Assembly (NCBI RefSeq): GCF_037042905.1
Contig: NC_087258.1
Coordinates: 11,532,001-11,596,000 of the forward strand
Length of the DNA stretch: 64,000 nucleotides
Source of the DNA: Lytechinus pictus
Lineage: Eukaryota
Reading direction: 5' to 3'
Of this stretch, positions 1 to 12,488 are shown piece after piece. A program made the translations under genes and the position numbers. Numbering within the stretch: position 1 is the stretch's first letter; every line of letters begins with the position of its first letter. The notes beneath the pieces were generated by a model. The model was not told where the DNA came from. It ran no database searches and saw only the letters and a program-made list of their open reading frames with translations.

Positions 1-247
1 AGCACCTTTGATATGCAGATCCAAAAAGTACATCGTGTTTTATGAAATTCGAAGAGTCGATTCATTGGTAAACGTTAAGACATTCTTTGGTAAATATTTC
101 TGTCGGTAACCAACTTACTTTGCAGCTTTACAAAATCATGACCATGATGCACACCAAGTCTTTTAGCTTTTTCTTTATAATTTTTTTTATATATTGTCTA
201 TTTTTTCAGCATTTGGGAAATCCTGTTTTTAAGATTGTACTGGTCGA

Positions 248-853
248 TCATTCAGGTAAATCCTCTTCAAAAGTGACATCACCAATATTATCAAAGGCAT
301 CGTCCTCCGATCGAGTAGGTTCCAAGGGAGCAGCTGATGCCCTTGACACTTTCTTCGCGACTCTCCCCGTACTACTTCTCTTGAAGGTCTGCCATCCTTG
401 TTCAAGGAGTTCATTTTGTTTGGCATCCTCCACTTCAATTTGGTGCCGTCGGCATAATAAATCCATCGCGACCAACACGAAGAAAGACACAACGAGGAAA
501 ATACCAACAAACAATGCCCCAACTGTTTCAGGCGATAAACTGGTTCTGAATGAAACACACTCTGAGCCCAACTCAATAGCGGCTGTGTAAGGTGTGACGC
601 AAGCTTGGAAGCGCGTGTTGTCTTTGAGTCCGGAGAGTTGAGTACTGGTGGTGTTCGCAGGGACCTCAAAAGGGACGCAGAGGCGACAGTCAACGCTGAT
701 CCGGAATGTCCGGAGTGTGGCGCCCTCAACGGCGATGTCCCACGAAAGAAGGGCAGAATTGTGGGTGATATCCGAAATGGAGACAGTCTGTGAAGCAGCT
801 CGGAGAGATGTCTCTATGATGATAAGAATAGAAATCCAGATGATCCTCGCCAT
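248..853 (-). CDS. Small type I membrane protein with a single fibronectin type III domain (FNDC/LRRN4CL-like architecture), 201 aa, single coding exon
   Basis: ATG at 853 in good context (aagATGG). Signal peptide MARIIWISILIIIETSLRA, FN3 motifs (VSISDITHNSALLSW...LSGLKDNTRFQACV...ECVSFRT), TM helix VGALFVGIFLVVSFFVLVAM, charged tail. Splice acceptor (ttcttcgtcttacAG) at 936-937 lies upstream of the ATG. Candidate 5'UTR donors GTGAGT at 3591 and 8795. Confidence 0.85.
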   Translation of the reverse strand: MARIIWISILIIIETSLRAASQTVSISDITHNSALLSWDIAVEGATLRTFRISVDCRLCVPFEVPANTTSTQLSGLKDNTRFQACVTPYTAAIELGSECVSFRTSLSPETVGALFVGIFLVVSFFVLVAMDLLCRRHQIEVEDAKQNELLEQGWQTFKRSSTGRVAKKVSRASAAPLEPTRSEDDAFDNIGDVTFEEDLPE

Positions 854-2529
854 CTTGCCGATAGATGTTCTTATCACGCTACAATGTGGAGATCATTTAT
901 GTTACTTGGAAGTTCACATGTCACGTTGACCAACCCTGTAAGACGAAGAAAAAAGTAATAACTAAATGAACAGTAAGAAGTCTTCTTTCCATGAGTAAAA
1001 ATACGTTTCCTCATTAATGTAACAGACCTTTTTGTCGTACACCTGATATCTATTTTACGAATTTAATATTTCCCTTTTATGTAATTTCATCCGAAGGCAC
1101 TTAAGAACGTCAGTACATGTAACCAAGGAGATATTACTCAAACTGATGAGGCCACTCTGAATGAATAAAACTGAAAACAATACATAACAAACGTCGAAGG
1201 CAATATTCCTTATTCCAATGCAAATCTGGCAAAAAGGTGATAGAAGGACAAGCTGGGGAGTGGGCTGGATACGGGGGTGGGTCTTGACTCTTGAATAAGA
1301 CGATTGATATGGCATAAGGCATTTTTATGAAACTGCGAAGGCTGAAATGTAAATGTTTGGCAATACTTAATACTTGCTATACATTTTTTTCAAGCACATC
1401 TTTCAAATTATTTTTACCAACTCATAAGTGAATATGCACTATATGAGCGTCATAGGATAAAGGCTATTAAAATACGTTTAATGAATCAATAATTATCATG
1501 AAGTTTTGATGTACATATAAAAAATCAATCACAAATTATTAATCAAATCAATTTGAATGATTTTTTTTCTAGGATGCACAGTGTATGTGCTTTGGATCCT
1601 GGGTGAAGTGCATTTCTATTTTCCTCCTTATCTTTGGATGAACTTCTATTATCACTCCACATTGAAGCGAATACCTGCATGACCAGTGTCGTGTCTTTGT
1701 TATGCCCCAAGTGCGAATCTTGGGGGTGGGGATATGATCGGTCTTGATCCCACCTCTTGGAACCTTTTATTTGTATTGCTTGTCAATATTTTCGGTTGAA
1801 AAGTGCCCCCTTTCGCTCACATAAATCCTGGATCCGCCCATGGAGTACCATTCCATGTAAAAAGTCGAGTGCCCCCTCCTTGTGAAGTCAAGTAATATAT
1901 AACACAAAGCGGTCATATACTCATAATCCCCTGATTCGATTGGCAGTTTTATTCGATCCTCAACGATACACAGCCACCCCCATAATTACCAAAGTTATTA
2001 ATAACCGCACAATTTCATTACGGCTCAGAAAGGAAACTTCAACAAGATCATTATCAAACGCCCAAGGGACTTCATGGGGTTCAAAAGCGGAAGTGATGTA
2101 TAACGTTATGACGTATGGAGCAAAGTATCCAACATACCAAACAAGGATGTAGCCTAATTTGCAGCAAATTCCACACTTTGTGGCAAAAATATAAAAAATT
2201 AGAATGATAAAGTATTCATGTCAGTCCCACAGTCAAACGAGAATCATAATGGTTCTTCTCTTGAGAAAAGTTTTGAAATAATCTTGCCTGTCAGAGAAAA
2301 AAGATCTAGTGACTAAATAAAAGTGACTACATAAAATCAAAGATGAAAATTCTGAATTGATTAGCTGTTTACCTGGATACGAAGCTATTCGTGAATCATT
2401 TAGTAAACCGAGACTGTACTGGTTGATTCTTACAATGCCATGTTTCTTGCTTGTATTTCATGTAATTTGATTAAAATCTATCATATTACAGAAATAATCT
2501 TTATGAGAAGGGTATTCATGCAGATTGAG

Positions 2530-2695
2530 GAATATGATAATAATAATGATAATAATGATAATGAATAATAACAATAATAATAAACAAAATAATAATGATG
2601 ATAATAATGATTATAATAATGATGATAATACTAATAATAGTAATAATAATACAAATTATAATAATAACAATAATGATAATAATGATTTACATTAT
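2530..2695. repeat. (AAT/GAT)n microsatellite, probably a retroposon tail
   Basis: Degenerate AAT run followed by tttatagcgct, resembling the SINE 3' end at 61811-61840. Confidence 0.8.
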
Positions 2696-2761
2696 TTTTA
2701 TAGCGCTTATCACAAAACATGTCTCTAAGCCAGCGCACACATGACATGTATGACTTTCGTA

Positions 2762-2956
2762 TACTGCAAAAACGCCGATGTTAATTCATGTCGTTCACAC
2801 CAGAGAAGCGTTGAAACAACACCGGTTAAGAATCAAACAGATATTGGTTTAACACTTATTGGTGTTGCCTAAATGCCAAATTGGTGTTAGCCTAACGCCA
2901 AACCGGTGCATAGATACCAGACTGGTGTCAAATTATCACCGGCGTTTTCGCAGTGT
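2762..2956. mobile_element. CACTG-terminated MITE (CMC/EnSpm-like termini)
   Basis: Inverted ends actgcaaaaacgccg ... cggcgttttcgcagtg with internal aacacc/ggtgtt motifs. Confidence 0.6.
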
Positions 2957-5889
2957 GTTATGACAATGATGAACAAAGAAAGCATGATAATGGCATGTGA
3001 AGAAAGTAAGCCAGAAATAAAGGAAAGGTGAGTTAAAAAAGATAGAATAAAGATAAAACAAAATGGAAAATCATGTTATCCCATGACTGAGACTGAATTA
3101 ACACAAAAAAGGAGAAGTCACATAGGTGGACATGTTGAAGAAATGAACAAGGAAGTTTAGATTTGGTGAATAATATGCTATGAATGCTATGGCGTTGATT
3201 GTAGATGCATGGATTCTTTACCAAATTGGGTTTCGCGATAATTAATGTATCTTCCCGTTTCATTTGTAATAATGCGAATAAATTTATGCTAATAAGCTGA
3301 GGCTTAATAGCTCTCGGATTTTCTACGGTGCCCAGAATTCTTAAAGCTTTATTTCTGATTTGTATATGTTGGAAATTGGGGGGGGGGGGGAATAAACCAA
3401 CATGATGATGAAATAAGTCACATATCCGGAAATAAAATCAATGGTTGGGCATTCCATCGGGCCTTCAAAATGTTATTTGAAATAAAACACCAAATAAAAC
3501 ATCTTTTCTTCTGAAGGAAAGTGCTAGTAATACCATTAAAAATCATTGATGATCATAATATACACCACACTGGCATCAATATGTAACTCACCCGTAGGGC
3601 TAGGCATGGGTCAATCCGAAAACATGGAAAAGCCGCCTTTGTATGCGGCGGCAAAGGTGTCCCTCAGTATCCAAAACTGCGCAACGACATGATAATTTCA
3701 ACTATTCAAGTTCAAAATGGATAATAACTACCAGATAATGACACGAAATCACACAGCAGAGGGTTCGCTTCCTCTAACATGTCTAAGCAGGCCTGTAAAT
3801 ATATCTACGTTAGCTGTCCTTTTCAATTCAACAGTGCAACCGAATCCAACAGATACGAAATATGGATTCGTATTATACAGACATGACAAAATCTCTTCTA
3901 GGCTTACATTACATGTGAGTATACAGTTTCGGGTTTCTACACAATACAGACAGAAAACCAACAAGAAAGGCAGAAAAAAGCAACAATACAGGCAAGATCT
4001 CAAGCAGAATGGTATCATATTATATGAGTGCTTCCTCCTCTGGCTCAGCATGCATGAAGCCGGGGTAGCGAAAGGATGGCATAGAGGGAACTAACCCCCC
4101 ATAGGCCTGTAATATTGGTACGTATCGACTGATGAGACTCACAAATGTCGATATTGAATAAATCAACCATTCGGAGATGAAAACTATATACTAGTAATCA
4201 ATGGATTTCCGCCAGGCCCGTGGAATCGACCACAGAAAAAGATCTAGATAGGCCTACATGTGAAAGATAGAAAGAATGAAAAAATAAGAGGGTCGTGAAG
4301 GAATGAGACTGAACGAAGAGAGAAAAAGAAAGAGAGAGAGAGGGAGGGGTGGAGAGAGAGAGAGAGAGAGAAAGCTTGGTAGAATGCTTACCAGGGAGTG
4401 GAGACAGTACAAGAATTTATGCGACTATGCTAGTATCTGATGACCGGGGTATATCGGATCTCACTTCTTCTTTCGGTTCTATTGTGATAACCAACTCACC
4501 CACTATTATGATACAATAAAAGGCCTATATTATTAATTTTCATCGCCGAGGTCATGACCTAAAAATATTGCTGGTCAGTCAATATCATAAACTGTAACTG
4601 GTTCTTAAGGAGTAAGGAGGATGTTATAAAGATTTAGTGCACTCCTTGTAAGCGACCACTGGATTGGTCAAATAATAAAAATTACCGACCAAAATAAAAA
4701 TCAACCAACAAACTTTGGAACCAATTGTTCTTTTTATTTTGTCTTTTTTTGTCGAAAAACATTCCAAACCAATCAACAATATGCCATTAAAATAATTTAG
4801 TTTTGATAGGTCTGGAGTCTGTTTCATTTGTGTAACTATAAGAGTTTAGATATCATCCAATAACTAATGATTATATCCTCGTTTGTTTCCAGTTACCCTT
4901 CCAGTGAAACTGGGCCTAATATTACAAGACACCCTTCATTATAAATCTTTAGGGTCAACTTGTTTCTGTTGACAAGGTTGATTTGCCGAAATAAAGAATA
5001 TAGATTTATTTTTCCCGGATGTGTATTTCGTTGGTTTTGATACTGTTCCATAATCCGTGACTTGCAGGAGAGAGGGTAGCATTACGGGGGGGGGGGGGGC
5101 GACCTCCACTGTGAGTATGATGATCTTTCAAGAATTGAAAAAGGAGAAAAGTAAAAATAAAGAGATGAAGATGAAAGAATAAAGAGTATCAGAACGAGAG
5201 GTATGGGTCATGTAAATATATACCCCTGCTTAATGGAGAAGATTTTAAATGACATCACCATGATTGATGTCATCTTACCCTATTAAATTACTCTGGCGCC
5301 GCCCCTAAGGTAGACTTTGCTCCAATGAGGTCAATCGCACTGTATGGTCATCTTATAGCTTTGTGAGTTATAGACCTGTCTTGATACATATACATTCTGA
5401 TAAGACAACTGAAAATATATTATAAAAATTTGAAGAAATTACGACGCTTCAATATATTTAGAGTCAGTATTGTTCCTATAGTGGTATGACTTTTGCAATA
5501 TGTATAGTTGAAAAATATGTTATCATTCTATTTGGAAAATATATATACATCTTAAAACTACAATATAAAATCGACACAGTACGGGTTAAAGAATCAGAAA
5601 ATGCTTGAAAAGTTATGATGCTTGTTGGCTTGGCTTTTACTGAACTTTTCGTGAGAAGTGCCCACTTCTGCTTTTGCTTCTTTTAAATACCCCCACCCCA
5701 ACCAAAAGAAAGTTTCTTAGAAATCTTGGACATAAATAAATTCCGTTTTAGGCCCATTCACTTTTTTTCTAGGTCTATATACCTCCAGTTATTGTCGACA
5801 ATCTTCTTCATGCATGTATATTCAAATAGCTACAGCACTGTCTATGACTTTTTCACAATCATGACAATGGAACCATAATATCTCCCCTT

Positions 5890-6003
5890 CAGGGGCGTCG
5901 ATCCATTTTTCAGATTGGGGGGGCAAAATCATGAATCAACTTACCAAAGGCGCTCGATCACACAAAACAAACAAACTCACCCACACACACACCCTTATAT
6001 GCC

Positions 6004-6042
<39 letters not shown>

Positions 6043-6809
6043 CCTCACACACACCCACACACATATATATATATATACAAATATGTATATGACTCATGAG
6101 ATAGAGACACATATCTCACCAACAAATTAATGCGAGCGCGAAGCGCGAGCTGAAATTTTTTGTATACTGATCTGATAACAGGAAAAAGGTGCCTGTTTAG
6201 GACTGTTTGTCATGAGGATACATATCTCACTACACAGATAATGCGAGTGCCGAGAGCCGGAGGTGAAATTTCTTTATATTCTGACCTGTAAGCTTGATAT
6301 TCTATGCATTTTTGGTACCAATGATTAAGATGGGTATCTAAAAAACAATAGATGCGAGCGCGAAGCGCGAGCTGAAAATTTTGATATTTTGATCAGAAAA
6401 AAATTGAGTTTAATGGACGTTTTTAATTAAGAACAAGATATATATCCAACAAAAGATTATTGCATATCGAACCGCGAGTTATTTTGAGGCTTAGAACTGA
6501 AAACGGGACATTCTATTCACCTATTAATCATGAAAAGTATGGGTTTTTGCTACAGAAATGATGCGAGCGCGAAGTGCGAGCTGAAAATTTTTATATTCCA
6601 ATCTGAAAAGCGGACATTTTGAGCATGATTTTAAATAAAGAACGAGTTGTGTATTTCGATCTCACTTGCTGATTTCTGTGTAACATTACAATCTTATTTT
6701 ATTTTTTACACATGCGGAATTATTGGGGGGGCAAAACGATATGTTTGCCCCCCAATATTTTCATTGGTGGGACGATCGCCCCCCTGCCCCCCCAGGATCG
6801 ACGCCTCTG
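5890..6809. mobile_element. Non-autonomous hAT-like element with internal ~110-bp repeats
   Basis: TIRs caggggcgtcgatcc / ggatcgacgcctctg; exact 8-bp TSD ctcccctt (5882-5889, 6810-6817); repeat ATGCGAGCGCGAAGCGCGAGCTG or a variant at 6130, 6241, 6352, 6561; (CA)/(TA) tract. Confidence 0.9.
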
Positions 6810-9207
6810 CTCCCCTTATATGTTCTTGTTCCATTTCTCCTCTCCACTACAGGTCATTAGGCATTTAACGATCATTATCCATACTCCCAATTCCATGATG
6901 ATGATGGTGATGATGGGTATTAACAATGTACACAATAATAGGTCGTGATCTCGTATCAACAAATGATTATGACTAGTTTATTTGACTGTAATTAATCATT
7001 TTTCAGTCGCCGGTAACTATTTACTATGTACATTTAAGGATATAACGATGGATTTAGTAGATAGATAGATAGATAGACGTAAATAGACAAGTATAGATAG
7101 ATAAATGATTTCATATTTCACTCTTTTCCTTTTCCTTTCTTTCTGTTTTTCAATTTTCTTCTTGATTGTGGAAGTTTGGAGAGGAGGCGGCGGCGGTGGG
7201 GGGGGGGTTGTCCCAAACGCCTCATCTTTATGTAAGAAATAGATATAGATAGATAAATATATGGATCGACAGATATAGATAAATAGATAGATAGATAGAA
7301 AAGGAGTGAGAGAGAGGTCGGGGAGAGAGAGAGAAGGGGGGAGTGAGAGAGAGGTCGTGGAGGGAGAGAAGGGGGTTTCTGATGGAGTTTATCAACAGTG
7401 CCGGTCATGGGCAGTTACACAAAACTTGACAACCATCACAAATTTGAACTTGCTGTTGCCTAGTTTGCCCCAGTGTTTCTTTCACTCTTGCTTCCTCTGA
7501 CATTTCGAAAGGAACTAAGACACATCCCTGGGGAACACCAACTTAAACCATAGAAAACATCAGACATGGGAAATTATGAATAAAGTGAATCGTTGATAAA
7601 ATATGCCTTAACAATTGCTTCCAGATGCAATCTAAAACTAAATTGTTAAATCAAAGATTGACTGTGTATACATTATTTTTCAAAATGTGAGATAAAAACC
7701 CTTTGTCTGGTGAAATCAACTTTAATGACGCCAAAGCCAACAATTATAGCCTTAACTTTAGCATTTTCATGGGTTTGATTTAACATTTTCAGAATTTGCA
7801 TGGTCACACCTTTATAGACACCTTTAAATTGCGATTTTAAATTTCAGTTTTAGATTTTAAATAATCATTTTCCTCTCTTTATACTGTACTAAATAAGCAT
7901 TACTTTCTCATCTTAACATGGTTTATCTCGACATATAAAAGTTGAATTTTTATCGGAAAATTAATAGTTTCTTTTCCGATTCCTTTGAATTTATCAAATT
8001 CTGGAAAGTACGCCAATAGTAATATGTATTGTGAATTTAACATCATGGAGCAAAAAAAAAACCAAGCATATAACCCCCAAACAACACAACCCAACCCCGC
8101 AAAGCCCCAATTAACTAGTCTATAACAAAAACACAATTAGGTTTATAAAAGAAAACAAGTCTCTTATGGAAACTCACTTGCAATGTTCTTTAATTTCAAG
8201 GGATATCTTGTTAGAGGACACAGTGTCAATGACTTAAAACAATTTTTATGGGATAAATAATGACTATATTCCGTTTGAAAAGAAATTACTTAATTGTTGA
8301 TAGAAACTGCTTATTAAGTGCCCCTCTGATTAATTATCCATTTAAATTTGAAAATACTGATTTTATATTAGCTTTGACTAATGCTCTATACTAGTACTAC
8401 ATGGAATGGCGTAGGAATGGTAAAAAGACATAAACGCTAAATAGAAAACTGCAAGAATATAACAACAACAACAACAACAATAATAATAACAATAATAATG
8501 ATAATAATAACAGTAATAATAATAACAATATCAATGGTGTTATCTTATGAAGCGCACACACCGTCCGAAGCCGCTCTTTACGCTATAGCCCATCAACAGT
8601 TCGTTTTTTTATACACACAAAAAGTCCATAAAAGGGAATACAGGAACCTTTTACTATTTTTTAAAGCCAATGTATACATCATATCAATACAAACGGTTTT
8701 TGATATTGTAGACATATAGACAGACAGGATCCCGTGAAAACAAAATGTCGAACCTACTTCTTGAAATAGCATACATTGTAAGTAAAAATACTCACCGCTA
8801 AATAGAAACGAATTCCGACCAGTGAACAGAGACCTGTATGGTCCCAAAATAGAATGAACTCCCAGCTTTAGGTGTAATTCAATAGAAAAAAGTGCAAAAA
8901 TCTCCAATTGTACACGCATCAGAGACGTCAAATTGTTATGCTAATTTTGAATAGCAAAAGGGAATGTTATTGACAATAGAGGCTTGGTATTGACAAGGTT
9001 TTGAATATCGAGCATGATCACATCCGATCTTTCCCGAGAGTGCAAGTAACACGGAAATAGTATGAGGGAGAGGAAAGAGAGAAAGAAGAAAAGGAAGTGA
9101 AAGAGGGAGAAATAAAGAAAGATCGACAGAAAGAGAGAGGAGGGAGGGAGAGACAAAAAGGGTAGAACTTGAGGGAGAGGAGAGGAGAAAGAGGGGGGAG
9201 ACGGAAG

Positions 9208-9354
9208 CAGGGGCTGCGGAAACGGGGGAGGGGGGCTGGGTGGGCTTCAGCCCCCACTTTTTTTTCCAAAAACCGTAGAAATAACCATCTGATTGTGATT
9301 TTTTTTTGCATTTTCACCCCCCCCCCTACTTTCAAAACCATTCCGCAGCCCCTT
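9208..9354. mobile_element. hAT-like G/C-run MITE
   Basis: TIRs caggggctgcggaa / ttccgcagcccct; degenerate TSD gacggaag / ataggaag. Confidence 0.7.
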
Positions 9355-10599
9355 ATAGGAAGGAGGGAAGTATAAGTCGATACTATTATCATTAATTGTG
9401 AAAGAAGATTATGACCATAATTACGAATCTAATATGTTGAGTTTATAATAAGGTTAACATGATGGATTGGGCAGGGGTGGTGTTAAGGGGGGGGGGGGGT
9501 CAGGGAAGACCCCCTTCTTTTATAAAAAAAAATGAAGAACAAACACCGGGAAAAAAGAGAGAGAGAAAAGGGAGAAAAAAGTTAAGAGTATAAAAGGCGA
9601 GGTATTGACTGCGTAACTCGATAATACCTCTATTGAGAATTCGATTAAGAAGAGAATCACATCACCCCTGCCCAATCCACTAAACAGAAAGGAAAAAACA
9701 TCCTGGTGCCGCCTTGGGCTATACGAACAGCCAATGAATATCGAGATTTATTTATCATTATTATTTTTTAATTTAGATCGTTCTTTGGGCCTAATGCTTC
9801 AGTGTTTGATAGGGCAAACCAGAGGGGAGAGGGGGTTGAAATTTTTATTATTAATTGAAAATTGAAAATTCAGTTTATAATTACATGATAAACGCTTACT
9901 ATACTTTTTCACTACGCAACTTTTTTTCTTTACTTTTCTATAAAGAAATGCCGAAAGAAAAAAAAATCATTCAATCAGAAATAAAATTAAAATAAATTAT
10001 GCTTTTATTGAAATAAAACTAATGCTGGTAATCAAGACAGTACAGTGGATACTTAAAACCAAATCTATAGTACTTTATCAGTAAATGGACGCCACTGATA
10101 TTAGCGGCTCTATAATTTCTGAAAAAAATAAAAACTCATTTGCAAACATATTGCATAACACATAAGGAAACAGTAAAGATAAAAGATACACATCTATTAT
10201 ATAATACAAATTGTTTCTATTGTTTCTTGATTTTAATTTCACAGCAAGGAACACTTTTGTTGCATTTTTAAAGTGTTATATTGTAATCGTACCTTCGCTT
10301 TTTTTTATTTTAAGTACGTGTACCTTATATTTCCACCTATTGTCGATCGCTTCATAGTGTGATATAAAAGGGAAAACCAGAGGGGATGTGGGAGGGGGGG
10401 GGGTTAAGTTTTGATAAATAAATTAAAATTGAAAACTAAAATTTATTTCTCTACAGAAATACTCTCACATGCACACAACAACAAACACGTCAATCTACGC
10501 AATCCGATGATCATACGTAGTACTTTACACCGATGTTGGATTTATGGTGTAAGTAAAATAAACCCATTAGTCGAACTTCATTGTTATTGTAACCTTTAA

Positions 10600-11202
10600 A
10601 GGACAAGTCCACCCCAACAAAAACTTGATTAGAATAAATAGAGAAAAATTCAACAAGCATAACACTGAAAATTTCATCAAAATCGGATGTAAAATAAGAA
10701 AGTTATGACATTTTAAAGTTTCGCTTCATTTCACAAAAGAGTTATATGCACATCCCGGTCGGTATGCAAATGAGGGAACTGATGACATCACTCACTCACT
10801 TTTTCTTTTGTATTTTATTATATGAATTATGAAATATTTAGATTTTTTAGTCATTGTCATGTGAAATGAAGTTTCATTCCTCCCTGAATACGTGGAATTT
10901 CATTATTTTAACATTTTGTGGTTCAGGCAAGGAGGTCCTAATCGTCAAATTCGTAAAAATTGTAATATTGTATAATTCAAACAATAAAAAACAAAAGAAA
11001 TAGTGAGTGAGTGACATCATCGACTCTCTAATTTGGATGTAACTGGCTCGTTCATATAACTATTTTGTTAAAAATAAGTGAAACTTTGAAATGTCAGAAC
11101 TTTCTTATTTTACATCCGATTTTGATGAAATTTTCAGCATTGTGCTTGTCTGATTTTTCTCTATTGATTCAAATCAACATTTTGTTGGAGTGGACTTGAC
11201 CT
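10600..11202. mobile_element. Kolobok-like non-autonomous element with long TIRs
   Basis: TTAA on both sides (10596-10599, 11203-11206); ends aggacaagtccacc / gtggacttgacct; inverted arms extend about 200 bp. Confidence 0.85.
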
Positions 11203-11852
11203 TTAAGGATATTATGATAAAATTACAGGGTGTAATTTTAACATCCGTGTGGGAGGTTCTTCGTTAACATCGACTGGTGTAATTATCAACACCCTTGTGT
11301 TGTCGCTGCAATTTACACCCTGAATAAAAAAAAAATGGGTATGGGTAGCCGAATAGTCGGGTGTACAACACCAATATCATCAGTCTGCTGCAGTGTCAAA
11401 TCAACACCGGAATGTGCCATGTGACCACTTTTCATCATCATCACATTATAGTTTATGCATCTGCTTTTGTCACTGATAATTCCTTTGATTTGTTGTTGTT
11501 GTTTTGTAATAGTATTTATGAAATTCATTAATGACACGCGTATAATGTTGATATAGATATTCTCTGTTAATACAGATCTGAAAAGTGTTTCATTATTTTT
11601 TTTTTCGTCTGGCAACTTTCATTGATTTTGATTGGCTGAGAAGCACAGTTCCTATAAAAACTGATAATACCACGGAGATATAATGTCTAATATTAATAAT
11701 ACTTCTTCAAGATAAAACGTAGTTTGTCGGATAAAACATCAAACTCTCATGAAATGCTTCACTTTCACAAAACATTTCCCAGAGGTCTCTAAAATAATGT
11801 TTTTCGAAAATGATGCAGTAACCTGGGCAGGATCAGAGAATGCTTCACTTCC

Positions 11853-12488
11853 TCAAGGTGTACGATCACCATGATCACCATCAACAGCTTTTAAGAAGTC
11901 GCGAACGCTCTCAGTCCTCTTTTTCTTCGACCAGTCTCTCATCTTCTTAGAATCCACCGTTTCATTCAATGTTTGTACCGGAAATACGACCTGGATTGCA
12001 AGTGAGATCCCGGCGACGAGGAGTATCCCTCCCGCACAGCCCAAGGCTGCGATGTTGGGCAGACTCCACGTCGCGAACCCCGTCGTGAACGCAACGCATT
12101 GATCCTTGGCCTGCGATACGACCACGGAATCTGAGTTGCACTCGTCGTCATCATCATCCCGGTCGAGGCGGACGACGTCCACACAAGCAAAGTATGACGT
12201 GTACGGCTGGATACCGGTAAATGTCTTCGAGGTTTCGTTCACAAACATGCAACCTGAACCGACATTGAAGTTGAGACTATACTGAAGTCTGATATAAGAT
12301 CGCAGTAAGTCTGTTTGGTTTTCGTTGTCGAGTTCAATGATGAGCCAGTTGAATGAAACACTCGTCGTTGTGATGTTATCCACGGTAAGATTAGTGATAC
12401 GGAGGGCGGACGATGAGGGCACTAGACTTAGTAGAACTGGGAGCCCGAGAAGCAGGGAGACAGAAGTCGGAGCCAAATAGTTTTCCAT
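11853..12488 (-). CDS. Second single-FN3 type I membrane protein, 211 aa, single coding exon
   Basis: ATG at 12488 (the ORF-track start at 12491 is GTG). Signal peptide ...LLLGLPVLLSLVPSSSA, FN3 (LTVDNITTTSVSFNW...FTGIQPYTSYFACV...QCVAFTT), TM IAALGCAGGILLVAGISLAIQVVF. Acceptor AG at 12502-12503 after a polypyrimidine tract; strong donor CAG|GTGAGT at 14719. Confidence 0.85.
   Translation of the reverse strand: MENYLAPTSVSLLLGLPVLLSLVPSSSALRITNLTVDNITTTSVSFNWLIIELDNENQTDLLRSYIRLQYSLNFNVGSGCMFVNETSKTFTGIQPYTSYFACVDVVRLDRDDDDDECNSDSVVVSQAKDQCVAFTTGFATWSLPNIAALGCAGGILLVAGISLAIQVVFPVQTLNETVDSKKMRDWSKKKRTESVRDFLKAVDGDHGDRTP

Noticed and set aside
87-929. Overlapping ORFs 87-590, 229-729, 605-793, 648-929
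   Set aside because: Antisense or alternate-frame shadows of the FN3 gene.
3717-4094. 125-aa plus-strand and 100-aa minus-strand ORFs
   Set aside because: No recognisable domain or splice context; probably upstream or intronic sequence of the FN3 gene.
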